Source: a bacterium (GTDB taxonomy: Bacteria; UBA8248). From it: a DNA stretch of 64,000 bases. The number at the start of each line of letters is the position of its first letter. Position 1 is the stretch's first letter. Shown here in pieces: positions 19,654 to 33,168 of this stretch. The DNA is taken from NCBI GenBank assembly GCA_965207065.1, contig OZ242260.1, positions 4,352,001-4,416,000 of the forward strand, in the 5' to 3' direction. The notes below the pieces were generated by a model, which was not told where the DNA came from, ran no database searches, and was given only the letters and a program-made list of their open reading frames with translations. The translations under genes and the position numbers were made by a program.

Positions 19654-20262
19654 TCAACTTTTGCCGCCCGTTGCGCGCTTAGGATTCTGCGTCGTAAGCC
19701 AGCGGGTGCGCACCCACATTTTCTTTCCCGCCCATCGGCCCGATTTGACCTCCACACGAGTAAAACCGCGACGGTCGCCGGAAATGACGGTTACACGCGT
19801 TCCTGGTTCCAGCCTGTAGGGATAGCGGGAGCCGCGCGGCACGTCATAGCCACCCGCATAACTCAGTGACAACCCCCGATACGTGCGGCGGATGTATCTC
19901 TCGCCCGCAAATCTTTCGCTTTGACGGACAGGTTTCAAGGCGGATTCCTTTACGCGCGCCGCCTTTGGTGAAACCATCGTCGCCTTGGGTTTCGCCTTTA
20001 CTTCATTCACCGCTTTCTCAAAATTCGATACCGCGTCACGAAGCTGCAATTTGAACTCGTTCAATGACTTTCCATGGTTCGCCAGGATTTGCGTGTGCGC
20101 GAGAAGCTGGCCGCGAATCGACTCGACTTTCTTTTTGCTTTCCTCTTTTTCCTCCTGGTAGTCGGCTTGCATCACCACCAAGCTGCATCCGGAGAGAGCG
20201 GCAATCAGGACGCTAAAGCACACCATGCGCCATGCAAAATACCTTATGCCCGGTGATTTCAT
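19654..20262 (-). CDS. Hypothetical lipoprotein with coiled coil and SH3-like C-terminus
   Basis: Lipobox LSGC; PGTRVTV...FTRVEV..G...WV. Confidence 0.6.
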   Translation of the reverse strand: MKSPGIRYFAWRMVCFSVLIAALSGCSLVVMQADYQEEKEESKKKVESIRGQLLAHTQILANHGKSLNEFKLQLRDAVSNFEKAVNEVKAKPKATMVSPKAARVKESALKPVRQSERFAGERYIRRTYRGLSLSYAGGYDVPRGSRYPYRLEPGTRVTVISGDRRGFTRVEVKSGRWAGKKMWVRTRWLTTQNPKRATGGKS

Positions 20263-20282
20263 TTTCCGCTCACGCATCCAGC

Positions 20283-21116
20283 TCATACCGGATACCATCC
20301 TTCAATAGGCGGCATTACGACCAACTCGCTGCTCAACGCGACGACTCCATCATATTCTCCGGAAATTGATTCAGCCAATTCTTTTTCTTCATCGCTGTTG
20401 ACGCGCCCGTGCAAGAACAGTTCTCCCGGTCCGAGACACTCTACGACAATACCGCTCGCATCGATTCGCTCATCCGTCATGATTGTAGCTTTGATCTTTT
20501 GCGCAAAAGCCAGATTCTTGAGCTTTTGAGAATCCGATGGCCTTACTTGCGAAAATTGCTCGCTTTTCAGAATGTTCACCAGCAAACGAACCGACGTATC
20601 TTCGTCGAACAGTCCGGTATTCAATATGATGTCGAAGTGGCTCGGCTCTCCCCACCTGACATCGAAAAAATGCCGCGTATAAGCCATTCTTTCATCGTCA
20701 TTGTGGCGTATGAACTGCTCCGCCATAGAAGGAGTTATCCCCTCATTCTTCACCAGCGTCCGTTGGCGATAATCTCTTGGAGCCACGATACGCGCCCGGA
20801 ATATGCCCTCGATTCCCTCCAGGAGGATATGGGAGCCGCGGCCCAATATGACGAAATCATTTTTCAAGGCCGATTCATAAACGATGGCGCGCATGATATC
20901 GAGATACACCAGTTGCCTGTCACGGAAAAAGCGGTCTATCAAACCGGGCTTCCTCTCATCCACCTGCTCGAGTTCGGCTCGAACATAACCATATGATTGC
21001 GCGGCATCGGCAAATCCGTCGTTGTCCAACAAGGCCCATCCCAATTTTTGGGCGATTTTCTTCGCAATAACATCACCACCGCTTCCAAGCTCTCTCGAGA
21101 TTGTCAGAATTCCCAT
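20283..21116 (-). CDS. Cytidylate kinase-like protein with C-terminal BON domain
   Basis: ILTISRELGSGG, VILGRG and HFDIILNT; C-terminal L.G.V.S.EEK..AE.I. Confidence 0.8.
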   Translation of the reverse strand: MGILTISRELGSGGDVIAKKIAQKLGWALLDNDGFADAAQSYGYVRAELEQVDERKPGLIDRFFRDRQLVYLDIMRAIVYESALKNDFVILGRGSHILLEGIEGIFRARIVAPRDYRQRTLVKNEGITPSMAEQFIRHNDDERMAYTRHFFDVRWGEPSHFDIILNTGLFDEDTSVRLLVNILKSEQFSQVRPSDSQKLKNLAFAQKIKATIMTDERIDASGIVVECLGPGELFLHGRVNSDEEKELAESISGEYDGVVALSSELVVMPPIEGWYPV

Positions 21117-21300
21117 TTTCAGCCCTCCAGACTAAGGGTGGCGACTACTAGAGGCGGGATGGTCACGCATCACCATCCATTCATATCATTTGCTTACAAT
21201 TATTACATACAACACTTTTATTCATGGCAGGACAAGTGTTCAGTTGTTCAAGCCATGAAGATGCGGCGAATATACACATTCATCCGATCGCTTTCGGGCA

Positions 21301-23043
21301 TCATTTGCGGCTCGCCCTCTTGAATTTTTCCAATTGCAGACGAAAATAGCGACTTCCGGGATCTAATTCAATCGCCCTTTGAATGAGCGGAAGCGCCTTC
21401 ACCGATTCTCCGTTGCGATAATATAACTCCGCCAGCGTATCGAGATACGCCGGCGTATCAGGTTGGAGTTCTAGCGAGCGTTTCGAAAGTTTGATCGCAT
21501 GAACCAAACTTTCCTTATCCTTTCTGTGAAACCACGCCAACCGATTCAACGCTGGCGCTGAATTCTTATCTATCTCAAGCACCTGCATGAACACCTTCTT
21601 CGATTCTTCAGGCTTCCCGGCTTCCCAAAGGAAAACACCTAGTTCCACCAAAACGCGAGACGAACGGGGGTTCTTCTCCAACAAATCCACAAGTATTTTA
21701 TGAGCGAGTTCTTTCCGTTCCCTCGATTTATGAAGATTTGCGATGCGGATTTTCATCTCGATGTCGTTCAAGTCCAGTTGGCCCGCCTTTTCATATAGCG
21801 CAATCGCATCCTTGTCTCGACCCTTGGATTCCAAAAGGGCACCCAAACGTATATATCCATCCAGCCAATCGGGCGATAAAGAAACAACTTTCTTATAAGC
21901 GCGTATTGCTTCGTTCCTACGGTTCATTTGAACCAGGGCGGCGCCCAGCAAGAAATGGAACCTCGCATTTTCCGGTGTTTTTTCGATAGCGCCCCTGAGC
22001 AGGTTCACTGCCCTCGTCGGCTCTTTTCCGGATACAAAGCGCTCTGCATTGATTAAAACCTGGGTTGGATCCAATGCCTCTTGCGCAGGTACGACCGAAT
22101 CGGGCCGTACCGTTCTGACACGGGATTCGACGATTTGGAGCCGCCTTTTCAGGACGATGTCTTCGGGTTCACGCAGAAAAGCTTCTCTGTATATTTCCAG
22201 TGCTTTTGAGAGTTGCCCACTGCGAACATACAAATCACCAAGCAGGATCATCCCTTCGATGTGCCCCGGAGTACGTTGGAGCAGAGATTTTATTTCACGT
22301 ATGGACTCAGCAGTATGATTTTGCTGCGCTAGTATTTTCGCCAAGCGGTACCGGGCCAAATTCTGGCGGCTGCTCTTGAGCGCCAAAGCTTTTCTCAGAC
22401 TGTCTGCAGCTTTTTCGAATTCCCCTTTGCTTTGGTGCCGAGTCGCCTCTGCAATGTATCTTCTTTGTTGTTCTTCTAACTGAAGCTTCGGATTGTTCGG
22501 TTCGCTGGAACCCAGCCAGTCACTAACTCTCGCTTCCCACATTGTGTCGAGGCGCTGCCAGATGTAACGAAAATAATCTGGAGATTCGCGAGAAATCGCC
22601 GTAGTGGCAACACCAGCGGCCAGAAACAACACCAATCCAGCCGCAAGTTGCAGGCGCCTTTTCGATATCCACGGTTTGGGCACAGGGGTCGCAGCGACTT
22701 CGGGCATCATCAATCTACCCTCAAAGCTTGCTTCTGGATCAATATATACTTTACGGGCCGTCACATTCCCCTCATGAAAGCACCCGGCTTTGAATTCAAC
22801 ACGATTCGCCACGAAAATAGAACCTTTGGTATGGCCTTGATTCACCAATTCTTTCGTATGTATCTCACCCGCGGCTTTACCCGTCTCCGTAATCTCAAGA
22901 TGACCATCACCATGGAGTTCGCCTTTGAACTCGCCTGCCACGAGAACTTTGCCCGTGAAAAGCAGCGAGCCTTCCAGGCACACATTCGCTCCGATGAAAG
23001 AGAGATTCGACTGTGGCCTGCCATAGATGCGTTGGTTTTGCAC
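21301..23043 (-). CDS. Bactofilin domain - TM - TPR repeat protein
   Basis: N-terminal SFIG....LEGSL.F.G.V...G.F.G beta-helix pattern; one TM; multiple TPRs ending with YLDTLAELYY. Confidence 0.75.
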   Translation of the reverse strand: MQNQRIYGRPQSNLSFIGANVCLEGSLLFTGKVLVAGEFKGELHGDGHLEITETGKAAGEIHTKELVNQGHTKGSIFVANRVEFKAGCFHEGNVTARKVYIDPEASFEGRLMMPEVAATPVPKPWISKRRLQLAAGLVLFLAAGVATTAISRESPDYFRYIWQRLDTMWEARVSDWLGSSEPNNPKLQLEEQQRRYIAEATRHQSKGEFEKAADSLRKALALKSSRQNLARYRLAKILAQQNHTAESIREIKSLLQRTPGHIEGMILLGDLYVRSGQLSKALEIYREAFLREPEDIVLKRRLQIVESRVRTVRPDSVVPAQEALDPTQVLINAERFVSGKEPTRAVNLLRGAIEKTPENARFHFLLGAALVQMNRRNEAIRAYKKVVSLSPDWLDGYIRLGALLESKGRDKDAIALYEKAGQLDLNDIEMKIRIANLHKSRERKELAHKILVDLLEKNPRSSRVLVELGVFLWEAGKPEESKKVFMQVLEIDKNSAPALNRLAWFHRKDKESLVHAIKLSKRSLELQPDTPAYLDTLAELYYRNGESVKALPLIQRAIELDPGSRYFRLQLEKFKRASRK

Positions 23044-23239
23044 GAGTTCTTCTCATAAAAAGTGTGATTGAAAAGTTCTCAATCAATCCACACGTATCAA
23101 TATATTACCAAAATGTTGAAAACTTGCGCCAATTCATATTTGACGCCTACCCATGATTTTGTCTGTGTGAAATATGACCAGGAGCGAGCAGCAAACGAGC
23201 GAAACTTATGACGTAGGGATGATCAGACGAATCGAAACT

Positions 23240-24073
23240 CTATTGTACGCCGAGGCGCGCAGAATCTATCGCCCGCAACGAGGCGAGAAGAGAATCAAGG
23301 TCTTCGATATCCATCATGTTTGGGCCATCGGATAATGCCTCATCCGGCTTGGGGTGACATTCAATGAAAAATGCGTCGACGCCCACGGCGGCAGCGGCGC
23401 GAGCAAGATGAGGAACCATGCTTCGATCCCCTCCCGAGCTTTCCCCGAGTCCGCCCGGCGACTGAACGCTGTGCGTCGCATCGTAAACGACGGGATATCC
23501 CGATTCACGCATCTTCACGAGCGAACGCATATCGGAGACCAAATTGTGGTAGCCGAAGCTGGTCCCTCTTTCAGTAAGAAGTATCTGGCGGCAATTCACT
23601 TCTTCGAGCTTGCCTACGACGTTTCTCATGTCCTCGGGCGCCATGAACTGTCCTTTCTTGACGTTCACGGGTTTACCCGTTACTCCTGCGGCATGAAGGA
23701 GGTCCGTCTGACGGCATAAAAAAGCAGGAATCTGAAGCGCGTCCAGCACATGTGACGCTCTTTCGGCTTCTTCAGAGCTATGAACGTCCGATATCACCGG
23801 AAGCCCTGTCTCACGTCTTACTAGATCAAGTATTTCCAATCCCTTCTCGATACCGGGTCCACGCGGTGATTTTCCTGAGCTGCGATTTGCCTTGTCATAA
23901 GAAGCCTTGAATACTCCACCGATACCGCATTTTTCTGTCGCTTCTTTTACTTTGTCAGCGCATTTTCTGGTTAATTCCTCATTTTCGATCACACAAGGCC
24001 CTGCGATGACACATATCGTTCCCGGCTCGCCGAAGGCCACATCTCCGATTTTTACTATCTTCTTTTCCGACAT
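23240..24073 (-). CDS. kdsA: KDO-8-phosphate synthase
   Basis: IAGPCVIE, KASYDKANRSS, IPAFLCRQTD and DATHSVQ. Confidence 0.97.
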   Translation of the reverse strand: MSEKKIVKIGDVAFGEPGTICVIAGPCVIENEELTRKCADKVKEATEKCGIGGVFKASYDKANRSSGKSPRGPGIEKGLEILDLVRRETGLPVISDVHSSEEAERASHVLDALQIPAFLCRQTDLLHAAGVTGKPVNVKKGQFMAPEDMRNVVGKLEEVNCRQILLTERGTSFGYHNLVSDMRSLVKMRESGYPVVYDATHSVQSPGGLGESSGGDRSMVPHLARAAAAVGVDAFFIECHPKPDEALSDGPNMMDIEDLDSLLASLRAIDSARLGVQ

Positions 24074-24123
24074 TCTTTATCTTTTCCGAGCCTGATGCCG
24101 CATGAACGGCAAGAAAGAACGCA

Positions 24124-26555
<2,432 letters not shown>

Positions 26556-26567
26556 CCATGACGCCGT

Positions 26568-27956
26568 CTAATACGCATTGTTGTTTATCAGCCCTTTCCA
26601 GAGGGTAAGCCATAATATCTTGAAATCGAAACCCAAGGACCAGTTCTTGATATAGTGTAAATCGAATTCGATTCTTTTTTCTATTGACGTGTTTCCGCGC
26701 CATCCATTCACCTGCGCCCAGCCCGTTATTCCGGATTTCATCTTGTGGCGCAGCATGTAATCGGGAACGGACGCTCTGAATTTCTCCACGAAAACCGGAC
26801 GCTCGGGTCTCGGACCCACGAGGCTCATTTCACCGCGCAATACGTTGAATAATTGCGGCAACTCATCAAGACTCGTCTTTCTCAGGAATGCGCCGAACCG
26901 AGTGCGCCGCTCATCGTCTTTCCTCGTCCAGACCTCACCTGATTCCGCTTCCGCATCTATCCTCATCGAGCGAAACTTGTACATGCGAAACTGCACGCCG
27001 TCCAGCCCCATTCTTTCCTGCTGATACAGAGCGGGCCCTCGACTCGTACACTTCACGACGAGCGCAATGACCACCATGAGCGGACTGAATGCGAGCAACG
27101 CAAGGGTTCCCAGGAAGTAATCCACCACCACCTTAATCCAGCGATTCCAGCCAGCAAGAGGTGTCTGTGACAAGAGGACCACCGGCAGTCCGTCGAGTTC
27201 CTCGACCCCGGCGTTCAGCCGCATGTGTTCGACGATATCAGGCACCAGGCGGACGTCAACACTGGAGTCCGCCAGGGCTCCCAGCAATTTCTCCTGCGAG
27301 GCGTGCAAATTTGGGGGAAGCGCCACGTATATTTCATGGATTCTCTCTTGCGCTACGACTTCGCGCACCTCCTCAAGTTTCCCGAGCACGGGCGCGACTT
27401 CTGCATCGTCTCCTTCACCCAGATGCCCCACAACCTGAAAACCGAGAAATCGATACATCTCCAAATGAGCAGCGACCCTGCGGGCGATAGGCTTTGTTCC
27501 GGCGATAAGGATGCGCCGCGCGTCCACGCCCCGATTCCTCAAGCGTCGAATAAAGGACCAGGCCAGACGCCGGACCGAAAAAAGAAAAACAGGCCCCAAG
27601 ACAATGAAAAGAACAACAAACAAACGGCTGTAGCTTTGTTCGCGATAGAAAAACGTGAAGAAGGCGAACAACAATATTGTCCAAGCCAACGTGCCTGTGA
27701 GCCGAATGACCTCCTGAGGGCGATTGAGGCCTGCCCTGCAATGGTACAGACGCGTTATGCCAGAAGCGATGAGCCAAATGGGCAGTATCACGAAAAGTGA
27801 GACGAGATAGACACTGAAATCGGGATATCCGGAGTGAACGGGAATTATTTCCGCGACGAAACGCAGCCAATACGCCATGAACCAGGCCGCAATCAGCGCG
27901 ATGACGTCTGCCCCGAACAGAAAAAGCACGTTCAATTGACCGTATTTACGCAACAC
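26568..27956 (-). CDS. Undecaprenyl-phosphate glucose phosphotransferase (WcaJ-like)
   Basis: KFRSM, SLDELPQL, SLVGPRPERP and GITGWAQVNG. Confidence 0.92.
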   Translation of the reverse strand: MLRKYGQLNVLFLFGADVIALIAAWFMAYWLRFVAEIIPVHSGYPDFSVYLVSLFVILPIWLIASGITRLYHCRAGLNRPQEVIRLTGTLAWTILLFAFFTFFYREQSYSRLFVVLFIVLGPVFLFSVRRLAWSFIRRLRNRGVDARRILIAGTKPIARRVAAHLEMYRFLGFQVVGHLGEGDDAEVAPVLGKLEEVREVVAQERIHEIYVALPPNLHASQEKLLGALADSSVDVRLVPDIVEHMRLNAGVEELDGLPVVLLSQTPLAGWNRWIKVVVDYFLGTLALLAFSPLMVVIALVVKCTSRGPALYQQERMGLDGVQFRMYKFRSMRIDAEAESGEVWTRKDDERRTRFGAFLRKTSLDELPQLFNVLRGEMSLVGPRPERPVFVEKFRASVPDYMLRHKMKSGITGWAQVNGWRGNTSIEKRIEFDLHYIKNWSLGFDFKILWLTLWKGLINNNAY

Positions 27957-28044
27957 GACGTGATGTTCCTTGTCGGGTCCGGCCAATAGTTCCTCGTGCA
28001 ATGCACTTTCAAGCAATCTTAGCTTATCAGTACCATTCTATTTC

Positions 28045-29241
28045 TCAGTATGTTTCTCCAGATTTTTCCAGTTGCTCACGGTGATTCAACCAACCCTGCC
28101 GAAAACGCTCCGCCGCCGCCTTTTTGAAATTCTCGCAAGCGAATCGCTCCGCTTGTCTGCGCGCGGCCTCAGGCGAGAATCGATGCTCTATCTTCTCAAA
28201 CGCCAAGACAGCCTCTTCGATATGCTTCGACTCAGAACTGGAGAAAAACATTCCCGTAGGCGCAACTTCCTCGCCTTCCGCCCCATTCCATGGTGTGAAG
28301 CCCAGCGGCGCTTCATATTCCTGCGCATTCACGCCCACGACGGTTTCGAGCGCGCCGCCCTTGCCCAGAGCGAGAACAGGACGACCGCATGCCTGCGCCT
28401 CGAGCGGGGTGATGCCGAAGTCTTCTTCTCCCGGCAGGATGAAGGCGCGGCATCCGGCATAAAGCTCACGGATGGTATCATCATCTTGCCAACCCAAAAA
28501 CTCCACGTTCGATTTCCCTGTCTCGCGGATGCGATCAAAATCCTGCCCCTCTCCCACCACCTTCAGCGGACGGCCAAGCCCCCCGAACGCCTCGACCGCC
28601 GCATCGACACGCTTATAGGGCGCGAACGCCGTGACCATTAGATAGTAGTCCGAGACGCGCTCGTTACGGGATCGATAGAACTCTGTATCCACCGGCGGGT
28701 AAAGCACCTCCGCCTGCCTGCCGTAATAGATGCGGATGCGTTCTGCTACCGTATGGCTGTTGGCGATAAAATCATGCACCCCCCTGTTGGCTTCGTTATC
28801 CCATTTTCTCAGGTATTCGACGAAGCGGGGGAAAAACCATCTGGCCGCACCATTCAGACGTGCGAGATACTCCTCGTATCCGCTCCAGGCGTAGCGCATC
28901 GGCGTATGGCAATAACTGAGGTGGTAGGTTCCATAACCACCCCTTGCCCCTTTCGCAACGCAATGCGAACTCGACAGAATAAAATCGTATTCCCTGAGGG
29001 AGAACATCCGCACGGCCGTAGGCATGAAGGGAAGCATATAGCGGTAGTGGCGCCTGGCGCCGGGTATCCGCTGCAAGGGGCTGGTATAGATGCGGTGACG
29101 CTCGATAGCCTCAGAAACCGAACCCGGCTGGTGAAACAGCGTGAAGATATCCGCCTCCGGGTATATCTCGCAAAACACCTCGAGACATTTCTCCCCACCT
29201 CTCATGCCCGTGAGCCAATCATGCACGATCGCAACCCGCAT
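28045..29241 (-). CDS. Glycosyltransferase family 4
   Basis: VAIVHDWL..RGGEK and EDFGITPLEAQACG. Confidence 0.9.
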   Translation of the reverse strand: MRVAIVHDWLTGMRGGEKCLEVFCEIYPEADIFTLFHQPGSVSEAIERHRIYTSPLQRIPGARRHYRYMLPFMPTAVRMFSLREYDFILSSSHCVAKGARGGYGTYHLSYCHTPMRYAWSGYEEYLARLNGAARWFFPRFVEYLRKWDNEANRGVHDFIANSHTVAERIRIYYGRQAEVLYPPVDTEFYRSRNERVSDYYLMVTAFAPYKRVDAAVEAFGGLGRPLKVVGEGQDFDRIRETGKSNVEFLGWQDDDTIRELYAGCRAFILPGEEDFGITPLEAQACGRPVLALGKGGALETVVGVNAQEYEAPLGFTPWNGAEGEEVAPTGMFFSSSESKHIEEAVLAFEKIEHRFSPEAARRQAERFACENFKKAAAERFRQGWLNHREQLEKSGETY

Positions 29242-29257
29242 ATTCGCTCCTAAAGTT

Positions 29258-30388
29258 TCACGATCTGGATACGGACGGCGAAGCGGGAATCCTCCCGGGC
29301 GAATATAAAAGGGCGTCATGGTAGGCGCGTAGCGTTTCAGCGGCAAGTTTTTCCCAGTGAAAAAATCGCGCCCTATCTTTCGATTTTTCCACCAGAACGT
29401 TTCTCAGGCCCGGCTCCCTCAGAACGCGCAACATCGCGTTACGCAGGGCGTCCTTATCCCCTCGCGGAACAATCAGACCGGCATCCCCGACCACCTCTGG
29501 CAGGGAGGCCGCGTCTGAAACAATCGGCGGCACACCGCACGCCATGGCCTCCAGGGGAGGATAGCCGAAACCCTCGTAATGGGAGGGAAACACCAATGCC
29601 AGCGCGGAGCGGTAGACACTCGGCAACGCCTCCAGTGGGATATGCCCCAGAAACACCACCTCCTCGCCGAGTCCCAAAAAGCGCAAATCACTCTCGAGAC
29701 TACTCCGCTCACCCGTCATGACAAGGCGAACACCACTCGTCTCTTTCAGCAAATCCGCAAAGGCATCGAGCAGCAGTGGCAGGTTCTTGTGGCGCTTGTG
29801 GTTTCCCACATACAGAAAATAAGGTGCATTACCGAGCCGCTCCAGGGCCTCTGACCTGGGCGCGCGCCCATCCTCCCAGCCGGGCGGCAGTGCGTTGTAC
29901 GTCACGCGTATCTTTTCATCCGCGACACCCACGTGCTCTATGATGTCCCTTTTCGTGTGTTCGGAAACGGTGAGAATAACACGCGCCCGCCGCGCCGTTC
30001 TTGCGATCACCCATTTGGAAACGCGCCAATGCAGCGGTGAGGGGCATAGCAACGGAAACAACTGATGGATTAAGTCGTGAATCGTAGCCACCATGGGCGT
30101 CTTGCCAAAGAAAGGAGCGAAGTAATGCGGATGGTGGATCAGGTCCAGACGTTCGCGCCGCAAGAGACGGGGCAGCGTCATCTGCTCGGCAAGTGAGTAG
30201 GGCGGCGCTGCGCAATCCACCCTCTTGAAATTACTACCCAGACCGGCGCAAGAATCCATGTCCCTTCCCTGCAGGAACACGACGTATTCCGCATCGTCAC
30301 CGAGTTTGCCCAGCCCGGCGAGCAGGCTTTTCAGATAAGTTCCGATGCCGCCCATCGAGATCATCCGGGCGTCAATTCCTATACGCAT
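29258..30388 (-). CDS. Glycosyltransferase family 4 (mannosyltransferase-like)
   Basis: MRIGIDAR and EGFGYPPLEAMACG. Confidence 0.9.
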   Translation of the reverse strand: MRIGIDARMISMGGIGTYLKSLLAGLGKLGDDAEYVVFLQGRDMDSCAGLGSNFKRVDCAAPPYSLAEQMTLPRLLRRERLDLIHHPHYFAPFFGKTPMVATIHDLIHQLFPLLCPSPLHWRVSKWVIARTARRARVILTVSEHTKRDIIEHVGVADEKIRVTYNALPPGWEDGRAPRSEALERLGNAPYFLYVGNHKRHKNLPLLLDAFADLLKETSGVRLVMTGERSSLESDLRFLGLGEEVVFLGHIPLEALPSVYRSALALVFPSHYEGFGYPPLEAMACGVPPIVSDAASLPEVVGDAGLIVPRGDKDALRNAMLRVLREPGLRNVLVEKSKDRARFFHWEKLAAETLRAYHDALLYSPGRIPASPSVSRS

Positions 30389-31686
30389 CTCTTCACCGCC
30401 TCATAGACGCGTTCTAGTTCGCGGTTCAACCCGTCCGTACGGATGCTGTGCCCGGAAACGGTACGTTTTCGCAACACCACCACATTCGGGCCACGCGGCC
30501 CCCATACACTCGGCTCGGCCGGCCCCTGGAAAATGCAAATCACGGGAACCCCGAGCGCCGCAGCGATATGGGTGGGGCCCGAGTCGTTGCCGATGAACAA
30601 GCGGCAGGCCTTCATCACCCCCATGAGCGAACGGAGATCCTGAACTTCTTCACACATGTCCAAAATCGTGCCCCGAACACGGACGCCCTTCATGGATTTG
30701 AGTGTCTCATCGACAATTGGCCGATCATCCGGCCCACCAAGCAACAGGACCCTGGCGGGAAGCGTGGAAACGATCCGGCTGATCAACTCTCCATAAAGTT
30801 TCGGACTCCAGATTCTCTCCACTCCCCCAGCTCCCGGATGAATCCCGATGAAAGAGCCCGAGTGATCCTCTGTGTGAGAGGCTATGCACGTTCGCCCTTC
30901 TTCCAACTCTTCTTCAGAGAGCGAAAGCGCGGGGTTTTTCGTATCAAACGGACCCAACCCTGCGTATTCGAGCATATCCAGATTAAATTCCACCTGGTGA
31001 CGTTTAGGGAACTCCGCGACCTCCGCGTCCAGACCGAAGCCGAATCCCCTGATGCCCCGCCCGACCAAATAGCGCACGCCAGCGAGTCTGGCCGTAATTA
31101 TTGACTGAAAATCGCCCGCAAAATCCACCGCCAGATCGTAAGGTCCATCGATTTCCTCGGCTCTGAGTCTCAGCAACCGCCTCAGACGCCGCATCGAACG
31201 AAAACCGAATTTCTTCCTCTTCGGCCTGTCACGCCAGGACGCATTGAAAACGAGAAAATCCACTCCCGCCAATTCTTCGTCGAACTCCCTGAACAAAGAA
31301 CGAGCGGACGAGCGAATAAGGAGGTCGATTTGCGCATCCGGCAGACTGTCACGAAGCGCACGGATTGCGGGCAGCGTGCAGACGACGTCCCCGATATGAT
31401 CGGGGCGCATCAAAAGAACGCGGCGAATTGAAGGGGGTCGTTTTCTCGTCTTGCGAAAAAAAGTCTCCCCCAGCAGGTCGATCGCACGAAACGCCCATCT
31501 AGCCGGAAATCTCTCATAGTGATAGTTGCGCTCGAAAACGGAAAGTTTGCGGCCCCCCTCTGGCCTGAGCGCCTCTCTCATCAAGGGCGAAACAGCTTTG
31601 GGAGGCACGCGCAAGCGAGCCTCATTGATAAAACGCGCCGCATCATGGGACGACTCGCGCATTCCAGCGTTTTCCGAACTGTTCAT
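30379..31686 (-). CDS. Glycosyltransferase family 9 (heptosyltransferase-like)
   Basis: DHIGDVV, IHPGAG and GNDSGPTHIAAA. Confidence 0.9.
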   Translation of the reverse strand: MNSSENAGMRESSHDAARFINEARLRVPPKAVSPLMREALRPEGGRKLSVFERNYHYERFPARWAFRAIDLLGETFFRKTRKRPPSIRRVLLMRPDHIGDVVCTLPAIRALRDSLPDAQIDLLIRSSARSLFREFDEELAGVDFLVFNASWRDRPKRKKFGFRSMRRLRRLLRLRAEEIDGPYDLAVDFAGDFQSIITARLAGVRYLVGRGIRGFGFGLDAEVAEFPKRHQVEFNLDMLEYAGLGPFDTKNPALSLSEEELEEGRTCIASHTEDHSGSFIGIHPGAGGVERIWSPKLYGELISRIVSTLPARVLLLGGPDDRPIVDETLKSMKGVRVRGTILDMCEEVQDLRSLMGVMKACRLFIGNDSGPTHIAAALGVPVICIFQGPAEPSVWGPRGPNVVVLRKRTVSGHSIRTDGLNRELERVYEAVKRCV

Positions 31687-31803
31687 TGTGCGCTCTCAAA
31701 AAAATTCAACCCAACAGATTTCAAAGAATATAACGCGCTTCGCTCCCTAGCGAAATTTCCGCTCCTACCTGCTACTTTCGCGATATTTGCACCACCGCTC
31801 GCA

Positions 31804-32919
31804 TCACCCTGCAAGAATATCTCCATAGAGACAATGGGCCTTATCAGCCAGCACGTCCCAGGTGAATTCCTCGAGCGCTCTTTTGCGGCCCGCTTCCGCC
31901 AGTCGTTCGCGCTCGCGAAGTTCGTTTTGCAGTTTCTGAAGAATTGCTTGCAGAATTTCCACATTATCTTCTGGAAATACGAATCCCTCCGAACCGATGA
32001 CGTACGGAATTTCTCCCGTGGCCGCTCCCACGGGAATCACGCCGCATCCCATCGCCTCAATCAGCACCCGGCCGAACTGCTCTCTCCAGTGCGCGGTCGT
32101 TCTCGATGGAAGCGCCAGCGCATGCCACCCCCGCAAATATCCGGGGACGTCAGAGTAATCGACCCAGCCGACGAATTCCACACGTTTCTCAATTCCGAGG
32201 GCTCGCGCCAGCCGCTTAAGCGTTTCACGCTCAGCCCCATCCCCCACGATCTGCGCTCTCCATTCTCCCGATAGTCCCGCAAGCGCTCTCAGGAGAACGT
32301 CTACGCCTTTCGAATGAACGAGCCTCCCCAGGTACCCTACGCTGAACACATCGCCGCGCTCACTCATTTCAGGGGGACGAAAAAGATCCGGATCCAGTCC
32401 AAACTGGGGTAGCGTCCGCACTTTTTCCGGCTGCGCGCCGAGGCGCAACAACCTTTCCCTGGCGGTACGGGCAAAGACCAAAAGCGCGTCCGCGCGGCGA
32501 CAAACGACCTTTTCAATCTTCCGAGAGCGCCAGGGGAGAGCGATGTCGAAATTCTCCGAATTGTTGACCATGAACTTCGGACGCGCTCTAAGCATAGAGA
32601 GGCAAAGCAACACCTGGGCTGCGGCGAAACTGTATGACTCCTCTTCCATGTGAACAATATCGGGTTGCGCTTCCTTAAGCGCCTTCCATAGTCCACTGCC
32701 GTAGATGTGACCGCCCACCCTGCCGTTGAAAATCAGAGAACCGGTGAAAATCCTGTAGTCCTCTTCCTCGCCTTCTCGGCAAGTGAGCAACCGCACGCCT
32801 TCTCTCCACTCCGCAGGTACGAGCAGAGAAACTTCTAATCTAGGCTGCCGGGCGAGCGCGGCGATCTTCGCCCGATAAACCGGTGACGCGCAGAAACGGG
32901 AAATGACAATAACGCGCAT
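31804..32919 (-). CDS. Glycosyltransferase family 4
   Basis: EQFGRVLIEAMGCG. Confidence 0.88.
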   Translation of the reverse strand: MRVIVISRFCASPVYRAKIAALARQPRLEVSLLVPAEWREGVRLLTCREGEEEDYRIFTGSLIFNGRVGGHIYGSGLWKALKEAQPDIVHMEEESYSFAAAQVLLCLSMLRARPKFMVNNSENFDIALPWRSRKIEKVVCRRADALLVFARTARERLLRLGAQPEKVRTLPQFGLDPDLFRPPEMSERGDVFSVGYLGRLVHSKGVDVLLRALAGLSGEWRAQIVGDGAERETLKRLARALGIEKRVEFVGWVDYSDVPGYLRGWHALALPSRTTAHWREQFGRVLIEAMGCGVIPVGAATGEIPYVIGSEGFVFPEDNVEILQAILQKLQNELRERERLAEAGRKRALEEFTWDVLADKAHCLYGDILAG

Positions 32920-33168
32920 GATGACCAATCCATGTTGATAGCGCATGCCTCGCGTCACGCCCGCTACCTAACTGCCATATTTCGAAAACCCTGGAATTTC
33001 CTTTTGCTCTAATTTCAGAAAATTAGTGGGTCCTATGAGCGCAGATATACCAGTAAAACGGCCTCTCAAGAAAAGCGCAAGACGTATGCGGCACTTTTGA
33101 GGCAATCAAGTCTCTCGCTTAAAATCATCCAAACGCCACGCCGGTTGACTCTGCCTTTCCATCCATCC

